39,869 nucleotides of DNA from Candidatus Gastranaerophilales bacterium (GCA_944323635.1 CALUTH010000001.1:1-39869); one strand, 5' to 3'; counted from the stretch's first letter, positions 30,828 through 39,275 are shown. Program-made: numbers and translations. Notes: a model not told the origin generated them from the letters alone.

Positions 30828-31142
30828 TTATGCAACCTGTAATGTATAACCAAGTTCTTTTAATAACTTACCGATTGTATCTAATCTTGGCACACGTTCA
30901 CCTTTAAACATTTCGTATAATGCCGCTCTTGTTATACCTGTTTTTTGTGAAAATTCACTTATGCTCATACGTGCTTTTATTACTTGTTCCAAAGATTGAA
31001 AGAACAAATCATAATCACCATCTGTAATAAATTCTTGTATTGCAGCATTTAAATACATTTTTTGATACTCTTCATCCATAAGAACATTATTCAGATGTTC
31101 TTCATGTGTAATATTTTCAGATTTTATTTTATCAATATCCAT
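30828..31142 (-). CDS. higA: HigA-type antitoxin (addiction module antidote protein, XRE-HTH)
   Basis: ...MSISEFSQKTGITRAALYEMFKGERVPRLDTIGKLLKELGYTLQV matches the TIGR02684-type antidote pattern. The ATG at 31142 lies 1 nt after the toxin stop. The longer ORF-track start at 31220 overlaps the toxin gene. Confidence 0.85.
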   Translation of the reverse strand: MDIDKIKSENITHEEHLNNVLMDEEYQKMYLNAAIQEFITDGDYDLFFQSLEQVIKARMSISEFSQKTGITRAALYEMFKGERVPRLDTIGKLLKELGYTLQVA

Positions 31143-31143
31143 T

Positions 31144-31461
31144 TTATTTATACCTTTCTTTAAATTCTTGTAAATATGTCTTTGCCAGATTGATATCTTT
31201 CGATTGCTTTGATTTATCACCTGCAGATAATAAAACTATTATTACATCATCAAATTCATAAGCATATATTCTATAACCTGCACCTTCTGTGAATTTTATC
31301 TCTGTTAAATTATCAAATTTACGATATTTACCTAAATTTCCAAGTTTTATACGGTCAAGCCTTCTATCAACAATCAATCTAACACTTTTGTCTAAGGAGT
31401 TATACCACTCAAGATAAGGACACTTTCCATTGATTGTTTTGTAATAGATTATTTCCTTCAT
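31144..31461 (-). CDS. higB: HigB/RelE-family toxin (addiction module killer protein)
   Basis: 105 aa. INGKCPYLEWYNSLDKSVRLIVDRRLDRIKLGNLGKYRKF...GYRIYAYEFDDVIIVLLSAGDKSKQSKDI follows the TIGR02683 killer-protein pattern. Confidence 0.85.
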   Translation of the reverse strand: MKEIIYYKTINGKCPYLEWYNSLDKSVRLIVDRRLDRIKLGNLGKYRKFDNLTEIKFTEGAGYRIYAYEFDDVIIVLLSAGDKSKQSKDINLAKTYLQEFKERYK

Positions 31462-31501
31462 ATTAATATTGTATCGAAAAAGATACAGCGGGTCAAGTGG
31501 T

Positions 31502-31521
31502 AAATTATAACGTTATAATTT
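31502..31521. promoter_or_regulatory. Perfect 20-bp palindrome containing TATAAT on both strands, a likely higBA promoter/operator
   Basis: aaattataacgttataattt lies 41 nt upstream of the higB start. A second inverted repeat gtatc-N6-gatac is at 31471-31486. Confidence 0.5.
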
Positions 31522-31585
31522 TTACAATTTTTTCTGTTAATTGTATTGTTTCTTCTGTCTCAAGTCTTTGCAATATATTTATTTC

Positions 31586-31617
31586 GGGTTCGGAAATAGT
31601 CCCACTATCCGCCCCAT
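31586..31617 (+). repeat. Degenerate direct copy of the tRNA-His 3' end (att-like scar)
   Basis: gggttcg-gaaatag-tccca-c-tatcc-gccccatt versus the tRNA gggttcg-aa-tccca-tatccc-gccccatt. The last 14 nt differ by a single-base deletion. Confidence 0.6.
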
Positions 31618-31686
31618 TTTTAAAAGACGTTTCTAAAACTTCTTTAGGTTGTATTTATTAAGGTTAAGATGTAAGTAAAATAATTA

Positions 31687-31717
31687 GCCGCGAGAAAGTA
31701 GATTTCTCGCGGTATTT
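31687..31717. terminator. Hairpin terminator downstream of the 31746..32297 gene (possibly bidirectional)
   Basis: 9-bp stem ccgcgagaa/ttctcgcgg with T/A-rich tails on both strands. Confidence 0.65.
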
Positions 31718-31745
31718 TAACTTGTTATGTTTGCGTCTTGTCTAC

Positions 31746-32297
31746 TTAAACTACATCATATAAATCGATTTGGCGCCTGAAGTACACATTGAGTTCAGCG
31801 TCTTTCATATGCGGAAAAGGTTGACTTCTGTCTCTAAAGAACATATTTATACTATCCCAGATGGGGGAAATATGCTGTTTCCACCATCGCGGATAGATTT
31901 GGGCATATTCTTTTCCCATCAATGCATTGAACATATTTTTATTTTCAGGGGCAAGAATTTTTCTTATAATACCAAGTTCTGCGCTTACTGAATCTTTCTT
32001 ACATGGTTCAATATCTTTAAATGCTGCAAGACTTGTAGATATATAACCCCTTTCATCTAATGTGTATCCGGTTTTGTGAATTGTTGAAATATTAATTATT
32101 TCTTCAGAAGGATGCTGTTTTAGTGCTTTGTTTACTTTGTTTAGCAATGCTAATTCTTTTCTTGTTCCGCCGTATGGCTCCGTTGCATATTTATATTTTT
32201 CTAAATATGAATAAACATACTTCATTGCTTTTGTGTGTTTATTAATTTTTGCACCAAAAGATTGATTGGGATTTATTGTTATTGTACTTATATCCAT
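31746..32297 (-). CDS. Hypothetical protein (183 aa)
   Basis: Clean ORF with an aaggaga SD upstream, co-oriented with 32332..32817 and 34 nt downstream of it. No family was recognised. Confidence 0.65.
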   Translation of the reverse strand: MDISTITINPNQSFGAKINKHTKAMKYVYSYLEKYKYATEPYGGTRKELALLNKVNKALKQHPSEEIINISTIHKTGYTLDERGYISTSLAAFKDIEPCKKDSVSAELGIIRKILAPENKNMFNALMGKEYAQIYPRWWKQHISPIWDSINMFFRDRSQPFPHMKDAELNVYFRRQIDLYDVV

Positions 32298-32331
32298 TTG
32301 GGTTATGTATCTCCTTGCTGTAGTAATGTAG

Positions 32332-32817
32332 TTATATATTTTGAATCGGACCGCTGCTTATAATTTTTTCTTCATATTTAATTGGTTCCAGGGCTTCATA
32401 AATTTTATATTTATCATTGGTATTTTCACCGATTGGTTTTAACTTACTTGATACAGTTCGTTCACGAATTTCGCGTGTAAAATTACCGTTCTGATCCCGT
32501 ATAGTGAATTCTTTGTGTATTGCTTCCGGAATAAATTTGTCCTTTTCTCCATTTTTGCCGATGATTTTTGCATACTGAATGTAAAAATCACGTTGCTGTC
32601 CCATATTTCCTGTTTCGATATAATTTTGGTGGTATGCATGTCCTTTAATCCATTGGGTTGCACTTCTTCTGAGCGTGCCAATATAATTTCCGTCTTTGCC
32701 AATAAAGGCACATTCCTGCATCGGGCGCTGAAGTGTTCTGCTGAAATACTTGTTGTGATTTACGGCTTTAGCGCCCTTTTGCCTTAAAAAACTGGCAATT
32801 GGTGATATTGTGACCAT
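32332..32817 (-). CDS. Hypothetical protein (161 aa)
   Basis: Clean ORF with an aaggag SD 8 nt upstream of the ATG. No family was recognised. Confidence 0.65.
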   Translation of the reverse strand: MVTISPIASFLRQKGAKAVNHNKYFSRTLQRPMQECAFIGKDGNYIGTLRRSATQWIKGHAYHQNYIETGNMGQQRDFYIQYAKIIGKNGEKDKFIPEAIHKEFTIRDQNGNFTREIRERTVSSKLKPIGENTNDKYKIYEALEPIKYEEKIISSGPIQNI

Positions 32818-32886
32818 ATAAGATACTCCTTTTTTATTCCCTGTATAGACTAGTAAATCATAAAAAAAAAATTTTGCAATTATGGA

Positions 32887-34173
32887 TTGTTAAGAAAGTT
32901 AAGTTTTATAAATAGTTTCAAGCAAAATTTTTCATGTTCGGATTTTAATAGTAGTATGGGTTTGAAAATAGAAAATGTTAAACAAAGAACATATACGGCG
33001 CGTGAATTGCAGAATAAGGAGAAGAGCACTCCTGTAGAAAAAAAGCGAAAAGAAATTTCTAAACAGCTCTTACTCATGGGGACTCTTGCAGGATTAGCAA
33101 TTCTGGGCGGCGGGGTGCTGATTGTAAAGAATGTAAAAATAAAAGCCCGAAAAAGGGCTTATGAAGATGCGGTTTTAAAATTCAGAAATTGGTTTGAGGA
33201 GATAAAGAGTTTACAATCTTACATTTGGGATGGTGGTACAAACAAATGTATCCCGAATCCTGATGCAGCAGAGTGTCTGAAAAAGCTTGATAATTTAACG
33301 CCGGTTGAGAAAAAAGCGTTTGTTAATGAATATTGTAATATGACCGGTTTCCCTGATATTACAGCGGTCAGTAAAAATATTAATAATGAAATTATTGGCG
33401 CACTGAATAAAATTTCAGGAGATGGGAAAAACAAAATAGTTTTTGCTGCTTATGATTCAAACTGTTCTGTCGGCAGAAATGCGGCACTGCCGGGCAGCGA
33501 CTGCGACGGCTTATTTATTGCTTATGAAAAAATCAGTGAGGCACCGGAGTATTCTTCTGTTGAAGTGATGGCAGGGGACTTAATGAATCAGAGAATTATC
33601 AATTCTTCAGGGATGCATTATCCGGATGCTCTTAAACTGGATGATTTAATGTTCTGGATAGCAAAAGTTGATAATTTATTTGAAAAAATTGCAACACCTG
33701 AAAAAATTATTGAGTACAAAAACAATCTTCAATATGACGGCAAAAGTTACCTTAAGGCGGCGCAGTTTAATATTGATTTGGCACCGTTATTAAACGATAC
33801 GGAAAAAAATTTTGTATGCCGGGCAGGATTTTTTGTAGAAAATCTGAGGGCGGGGAAAGTGCTTGTCAATCATATTCCTCACCATATTTTGACATCTATA
33901 AAGGGTTCAGCCTTGTATATATATAGTAATATGATGAGACAAGAGGGGCTTGCAGGCAAGGTTAAGCCTAAAATTAAAAATCGTGCAGCGTTTTGTGAAA
34001 GGTTTTCTCAAGCAGATGATGAGGAAAAGTTTAATATTTGCCGCAATTTGTTGAAACATTCTCTCGGGCTAAAAACGGAAAACTATCCTAATGATCCTTT
34101 TGAAAAATTTGATATGGGTGATATTCTTGAAATGTACCGGAAAGTGTCTACTTTTCCCGCTGTAGGCAATTAA
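32887..34173 (+). CDS. Membrane-tethered protein with a putative Pol-beta-type nucleotidyltransferase fold
   Basis: TM segment LLLMGTLAGLAILGGGVLIV, then FAAYDSNCSVGRNAALPGSDCDGLFIAY, which resembles the hG[GS]-x(9-13)-[DE]h[DE]h minimal NTase motif. The start is uncertain (TTG 32887 or ATG 32956; neither has a clear SD). Confidence 0.6.
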   Translation: MLRKLSFINSFKQNFSCSDFNSSMGLKIENVKQRTYTARELQNKEKSTPVEKKRKEISKQLLLMGTLAGLAILGGGVLIVKNVKIKARKRAYEDAVLKFRNWFEEIKSLQSYIWDGGTNKCIPNPDAAECLKKLDNLTPVEKKAFVNEYCNMTGFPDITAVSKNINNEIIGALNKISGDGKNKIVFAAYDSNCSVGRNAALPGSDCDGLFIAYEKISEAPEYSSVEVMAGDLMNQRIINSSGMHYPDALKLDDLMFWIAKVDNLFEKIATPEKIIEYKNNLQYDGKSYLKAAQFNIDLAPLLNDTEKNFVCRAGFFVENLRAGKVLVNHIPHHILTSIKGSALYIYSNMMRQEGLAGKVKPKIKNRAAFCERFSQADDEEKFNICRNLLKHSLGLKTENYPNDPFEKFDMGDILEMYRKVSTFPAVGN

Positions 34174-35227
34174 TTTTTTTTGTGGTTTTAGCACGTAAAT
34201 ACTTTAGACCTACTCCTAAATATGTTGTTACAACGATTCCCGTTATAAAGTAGAAATATGTTGTTTTTAATGGGCAATAGAACCAGTATATGTCGGCGTT
34301 GTTTTTTATATCAAAAGGAATACCCTTCAACGCTAAAATTGTGTATGTAATAAAGTTAAATACAAGCAGATGGTTAGCCATTATGTGATAAGTATTTTGT
34401 CCGATTTGATGTATAAATCTCCAATTTTTGACTTTATCAAAAAATACTTCAACAACAAATAAACTCATCCAGATACCTGTAAGGCTGGTAATTATGGGAA
34501 CAACCCGGTTGTCAAAATCGCCCCATACAAGAATGTAGCTTAAGCCAATACCGTCTAGCGGGGTATAATCTGCGTTTGTTAGCCATAAGAATGCTTGTAC
34601 AAGGATGACAAGGAAAAAGATTTTTCCGGTAAATATATTGTACTTCCCTTCTATTTTGGTCGTGTAAATATGTCCCAAGTGGACAAATAGAAGAGAAAAC
34701 ATTGTTCTTAGAAGGTACAGGATATAAAAATTTCCTGCAAGCGGCTCCATTTGTATTGCAATCAGGGCAAGCAGTGTATAGGCAGCGGTTTTTATATGAT
34801 TATTGCAGGGGATTTTATACAAAACCCGATAGACAATAAGAGTTGTAAATAATTGCGGCACAAACCATAAAGGTGATGTTAAATCCAGCTGGTGTCCGGT
34901 TAAGAACGGGATAATTAATTCGTTGTACCAGTTTACCGGCATGCCCCAGAATTTCCCGACAATCGGGGTGATAGCAAATGTTATCCCTAAATACACTATT
35001 GTATACAAAATATATGGCAGCATCAGTGATTTTACACGGCGTTTGAAAAATTCGACAAATGAATATTTGCTGTTAAACAGCATTCCCGCAATAAAAAAGA
35101 ATAAAATTACTTGAAAAGAGTACGGCGGAAACATCGGTATAACAGAAAATTCCAGATGCCCCGCTACAACAATCATTATTGCAAGCGCTTTTAAAATATT
35201 GATTTTGTTATTAAAAATTTTATCCAT
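34148..35227 (-). CDS. Acyltransferase family 3 membrane protein (OafA/YrhL-like O-acyltransferase)
   Basis: N-terminal INILKALAIMIVVAGH... with ~10 TM helices. Its 5' end overlaps the stop of the ADH gene by 8 nt. Confidence 0.8.
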   Translation of the reverse strand: MDKIFNNKINILKALAIMIVVAGHLEFSVIPMFPPYSFQVILFFFIAGMLFNSKYSFVEFFKRRVKSLMLPYILYTIVYLGITFAITPIVGKFWGMPVNWYNELIIPFLTGHQLDLTSPLWFVPQLFTTLIVYRVLYKIPCNNHIKTAAYTLLALIAIQMEPLAGNFYILYLLRTMFSLLFVHLGHIYTTKIEGKYNIFTGKIFFLVILVQAFLWLTNADYTPLDGIGLSYILVWGDFDNRVVPIITSLTGIWMSLFVVEVFFDKVKNWRFIHQIGQNTYHIMANHLLVFNFITYTILALKGIPFDIKNNADIYWFYCPLKTTYFYFITGIVVTTYLGVGLKYLRAKTTKKINCLQREK

Positions 35228-36278
35228 TTTTTATTGCAACTTTAAAACAGTTGCCGCTCCTGTTATCAAAATACTGATAAGCTTCTATTATATTATCGAG
35301 AGTAAAAGTTTTGGAGATTAAAAATTCGGTTGTAATTTTACCCTTTGAAATCAATTCAAGAAGTTTTTTACAGTGTGTAGCATCCACGCCGCCGGTTTTG
35401 AATATCAAGTTTTTCCCGTATATGGCCGGCAGCGGCAGTGTGAGATTTTCTTCATACATCGCAACTATTGCAATAATTGAGTGATTTCTTGCAATCTCGT
35501 AGGAAATTTGAAATGACTCTTTTGTGCCGGCAGCTTCAATAACTTTGTCAACGCCGCGTTTATCCGTTATGTTGTTTATTCTCAGTTTAACAGCCTCCCG
35601 CAGAGGATTAATTGTGTAATCCGCAAGTCCTATGCGTTTTGCATAATCAAGTCTGTACTGGTCAATATCTATAGCAATAATTTTTTCGTCCGTAAACAGT
35701 TTAGCGCAGCTCATCGCGCTTAAACCTACTGGACCTGCGCCGATTACCGCAACAGTTTCGCCTTTTTCTATTTCGCATAATTCAGCGCCAAAATATCCTG
35801 TTGAGAGAATGTCACCGGTAAAGAGTGCTTCTTCATCGGTTACATTGTCAGGAATTTTTGTTAATCCCGTATCAGCGTACGGAACCCTGACATATTCGCT
35901 CTGGCATCCGTCTATGCGGCAGCCGAGTTCCCATCCTCCGTTTTCACAGTTGTTTATAAACCCTTTCCGGCAAAAGAAACATTCCCCGCAGAATGTAATA
36001 CAATTTGCGGCAACTCTGTCTCCTGCTTTTAAATCTCTTATTCCTGCGCCGGTTTCGACTATTTCACCGACAAATTCATGCCCTAAAATGATGTTGTTTG
36101 CCGCTCTCGGTACGAAGCCTTTTATTATATGTATATCACTTGTACAGATAGAAGATAAAGTAACTTTTACAATGGCGTCTCTTGTACCCTGAATTTGCGG
36201 CATCGGGCGCTCCGTAAGACGTATGACAGGCAGTCTGTCTTTGTTATAAACTAATGCTTTCATTGTCTCTTTCTCCAA
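35220..36278 (-). CDS. Zinc-dependent alcohol dehydrogenase (MDR superfamily)
   Basis: GHEFVGEIVETG (catalytic Zn), a structural-Zn Cys cluster CGECFFCRKGFINNC, and a Rossmann GAGPVGL. Confidence 0.9.
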   Translation of the reverse strand: MEKETMKALVYNKDRLPVIRLTERPMPQIQGTRDAIVKVTLSSICTSDIHIIKGFVPRAANNIILGHEFVGEIVETGAGIRDLKAGDRVAANCITFCGECFFCRKGFINNCENGGWELGCRIDGCQSEYVRVPYADTGLTKIPDNVTDEEALFTGDILSTGYFGAELCEIEKGETVAVIGAGPVGLSAMSCAKLFTDEKIIAIDIDQYRLDYAKRIGLADYTINPLREAVKLRINNITDKRGVDKVIEAAGTKESFQISYEIARNHSIIAIVAMYEENLTLPLPAIYGKNLIFKTGGVDATHCKKLLELISKGKITTEFLISKTFTLDNIIEAYQYFDNRSGNCFKVAIKNG

Positions 36279-36349
36279 CCGTGATATGTATAATTCCTTT
36301 GAGCATATAATACCACATTTCGGGGTTAATAAGAATACTGAATTTAATA

Positions 36350-37234
36350 CTATTTTTGAGTTTTATTTTTATTAAAATTCGTAAAATAATCTAATCCGAG
36401 TTTCGGAGCATGCTCCTTCCAGTATTTATTTAAGAGTTTATGCAGGTATACGGTTGTATCCTGAAGTATCAGCAGACTGTCAAATTTATGCGAAAAATTT
36501 GCTTTTTCCGCTGAATCTGCTGCATGTGTGTAGGCATTTATTACTGAATGATACAGCACGGGATTATTTTTCCTGAGCGAAGAGTCAAGCAAACCAATGA
36601 TGTCGCTGTTTACATTTTCTACTTTTTCATAAGATAAGGGGTTAAAAGTATTGTTTTTCCTCAGAAGTGAAACTTCTCCGCGGCGGTTAATTGCAGCAAC
36701 TGTTGTATTTTGATTATCTGCTGTCAGCGAAGAAAAATCGTTAAAGCCCAGCGGGTTTGTTTCGCCGTTTATATTCTCCGGATGACCGTGTAGAACGGTG
36801 TACCCTTCACCCTTGTATGCAAGTTTAATCTTGTCTGCCAGACTTAGACATCCTGTTACCTGTTTTTCATTCCCCTTAAATTCGGCAAGTATATCATTGT
36901 TTGCGTTATCTATGTAAACCATGTGTTCGTAAGGCGGGTCGTTATTCAGTGCAGCAATAATTCTTTCTTTAGCGTAATTTATTGCGTCTTCTCTTGTTTC
37001 AAACTTCTTTTGTGCCGGTTCAATATACGTAATATAACCGTCTTTGTCGAGTTTATAATAGGAATTTTCATAAAAAACACCTCCGATATAAACACCTAAG
37101 GCTGTTAAGGCTGCGCCAGCCGTGTTTAATATTCTGTTTTTTAGCGGATATTGTGTATATCTTTTTAAATACTTGTTTTGAAATTGTTGTGTATTATTTT
37201 TTGCAGATAAAAATGCACCAAGACCAATTTTCAT
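36350..37234 (-). CDS. Hypothetical single-TM protein; weak JAB/MPN-like HxH motif
   Basis: TM ILNTAGAALTALGVYIGGVF. YTVLHGHPENINGETNPLGFNDF loosely resembles the JAMM H-x-H-P...S-x-x-D motif but does not fit it exactly. Confidence 0.6.
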   Translation of the reverse strand: MKIGLGAFLSAKNNTQQFQNKYLKRYTQYPLKNRILNTAGAALTALGVYIGGVFYENSYYKLDKDGYITYIEPAQKKFETREDAINYAKERIIAALNNDPPYEHMVYIDNANNDILAEFKGNEKQVTGCLSLADKIKLAYKGEGYTVLHGHPENINGETNPLGFNDFSSLTADNQNTTVAAINRRGEVSLLRKNNTFNPLSYEKVENVNSDIIGLLDSSLRKNNPVLYHSVINAYTHAADSAEKANFSHKFDSLLILQDTTVYLHKLLNKYWKEHAPKLGLDYFTNFNKNKTQK

Positions 37235-37378
37235 ATTTTTGAACCCCGTGATTGAATATTTATGTCCATTATAGACTAAAAGTATTTGACCGCTCTGTAA
37301 ATTTTTGTAAACAACAGGTTTAAACCTAACAAAAAATTTTGTTTAGATGTTTTAATATAATCGTGAAGGAGGTCATAT

Positions 37379-37861
37379 ATGTCTGTAAATCCTGTATCTG
37401 TAACAAGTGTTACATCACCGGCTGTGCCAAATAGTGTTGAAAAAAATGCGAAACAAAACAAGGAAAAACAACCTGTTATGTCAAAATTATCGATAAGAGA
37501 CGGGGTTTTAATGGCGGCTATACCAACAGTACTGGGATCGGGGTATGCTGCAAAGACATATTTTGAAAGAAGGGGTAAATACTCAGTGTACAGCGATTTA
37601 ATCGGTAAATTTGCAGAAGGCACTGCAGAAAATTCCAATTTTAAAGATTGTGCCAAATTAATGAAAAAAGGAATGCGGGATGCAAAAGTCTGCGGTTTGC
37701 TTGTTGCTGCTGCCGGTGTTTTGGCTGCCGGAACTTTTGCGATAGTAAAAGCTTTTAAAAATGACAGTGATAAGGTTGATAACAAACCAAAGACTATTTC
37801 GGAGAAACCCAAAGAGATAAAACAGGATACTGCGGCTATGCAGCCGGTGAAGAATAATTAG
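37379..37861 (+). CDS. Hypothetical protein (160 aa) with a C-terminal TM segment
   Basis: A strong aaggagg SD lies 7 nt upstream of the ATG. TM VCGLLVAAAGVLAAGTFAIV. It is preferred over the antisense ORF 37276..37812. Confidence 0.65.
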   Translation: MSVNPVSVTSVTSPAVPNSVEKNAKQNKEKQPVMSKLSIRDGVLMAAIPTVLGSGYAAKTYFERRGKYSVYSDLIGKFAEGTAENSNFKDCAKLMKKGMRDAKVCGLLVAAAGVLAAGTFAIVKAFKNDSDKVDNKPKTISEKPKEIKQDTAAMQPVKNN

Positions 37862-39009
37862 AGTTCTTCGTTAAAATCGTGTTCTTTATAGAAATTCTTT
37901 TTAGGTTTTTTCATCTTGCTGTTTTTCTTCTTTGTTTCGTCAGAAACATGTTTGTATGCATTATCAAGAGACAGCCTTACAATAGTTTCTTTGCTTTTTT
38001 TGTCGTAAATACAAAGCCAGAATGAGTCTTTTACATTGTTTACGGCAAACGATATTTTTCCTGCAAATCTATCTCCGGGCTTGATTTGTGAAAATAAGAG
38101 TTTTGTATCACCAAAGACGGACGGGTTAAAACTTACGTTGTAATCGTTTACAAGAGTCATATCCATACCGGAAAATGTGTAGTCAGACATGTTAGCAATA
38201 CTCAGGGATAAGGTAAGCGTGTTTACTTCGCCGAACGGATCTTTTTCATAAAGAATATTTGCTATTCTTACTTTTATGTCGTCACAAACAATTTCGTCCT
38301 TTTTAAGCGCCTCTTCCTTGTAAACCGGTAGGGCAACATCAGTTGTTATCCTGACCTTGATTTCATCACCGGGGGCTATAAGAACATTCTTGCCTTTTCT
38401 ATATAGTGCCATACCTAATCCAACGGCACCGCCTAGAGCTGCCCCGCCTGCTACTGTATAACCTTGAGAAGCAATTGCAGCTTCAATCCCCAGCATTTGT
38501 GCGGCGTATAAACCTCCGATAACACCGCCTGCAGCGGTGTAGCCTATATCTGTTGCAACAATTTTAGTAGCGGCTTTCAGCGGGTGCAGTCTTGTAGACA
38601 TTTTACCTTCAATGGGAATTTCTCTGCCATCCGGCGTAATCAGGTAATCAAAGGATAAATCAATATAACCGTCCCGCCCGAGGCGTTTTGCTTCGCTGGC
38701 CTCTCTAATCATGCCGTGCGCGATTGTACCTTTGGGGATAATAACTCCGTTGTCGCCCATGACATCGGAGGTGACTTTTGCAAAAAACTCATCCCCTTCA
38801 AACGAGTAATTCCCGTCAAGCACCTGCGATACTGTCATGTTGATTACATCTTTTTTTTCTAAGTAATCAACCTCGCCGGTAAATAATTTGCTTTGTTGAT
38901 TTTGAAGCTCATCATCCTCGTTAACTCCGCCGCGCAGAGTATCTGCGGCACACGAAAGGGATGTGATTGAGTATATCAGGATAAAACATAGTGTAATAAA
39001 TCTTTTCAT
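37858..39009 (-). CDS. Secreted protein with a glycine-zipper segment and a C-terminal beta-sandwich (DUF4352-like pattern)
   Basis: Sec-type signal peptide MKRFITLCFILIYSITSLSCAAD, and a Gly/Ala zipper AAGGVIGGLYAAQMLGIEAAIASQGYTVAGGAALGGAVGLGMA. The C-terminal part is ...LSLSIANMSDYTF...IKPGDRFAGKISFAV. Confidence 0.7.
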   Translation of the reverse strand: MKRFITLCFILIYSITSLSCAADTLRGGVNEDDELQNQQSKLFTGEVDYLEKKDVINMTVSQVLDGNYSFEGDEFFAKVTSDVMGDNGVIIPKGTIAHGMIREASEAKRLGRDGYIDLSFDYLITPDGREIPIEGKMSTRLHPLKAATKIVATDIGYTAAGGVIGGLYAAQMLGIEAAIASQGYTVAGGAALGGAVGLGMALYRKGKNVLIAPGDEIKVRITTDVALPVYKEEALKKDEIVCDDIKVRIANILYEKDPFGEVNTLTLSLSIANMSDYTFSGMDMTLVNDYNVSFNPSVFGDTKLLFSQIKPGDRFAGKISFAVNNVKDSFWLCIYDKKSKETIVRLSLDNAYKHVSDETKKKNSKMKKPKKNFYKEHDFNEEL

Positions 39010-39200
39010 ACCACTATTATACTTTATAATTGCCGAGTGTACAAAAAAGTTAAATTATTTAACAAGAAAAAGGGGTTTACAAAAAAAAATTATTTGTTAA
39101 TATAATAAATGTATTCCCACCCGCGTTGGACAGTGCGGCGATGGATAAGACTTGGAACCTTGGGTTGTAAGGATTATCGGGAGGGCAATATAAACTACAT

Positions 39201-39275
39201 TCCTCAGTAGCTCCTAAGTGACGCGCAGCGGAACGGGAGGATAAAGAATCCGGAGCAATGCTCCGCCATTGAGGG
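39201..39275 (+). ncRNA. tRNA-Asn-derived, tRNA-shaped module (pseudo-tRNA or leader structure)
   Basis: It shares its first 13 nt plus 9 nt of upstream leader with the true tRNA-Asn. It closes by hand into a 7-bp acceptor-like stem tcctcag/ttgaggg around three hairpins, and it lacks a T-loop. Confidence 0.35.

Larger units (their letters stand above)
30775..31617. mobile_element. Decayed tRNA-His-associated islet carrying only a higBA-type toxin-antitoxin module
   Basis: It is bounded by the tRNA-His 3' end and a degenerate direct copy of that 3' end at 31586-31617. No integrase is present. Confidence 0.4.

Noticed and set aside
37276-37812. 178-aa ORF on the - strand, overlapping 37379..37861 (+).
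   Set aside because: The + strand ORF has a strong aaggagg SD at ideal spacing and a plausible TM segment. The - strand ORF lacks an SD and looks like a shadow frame.
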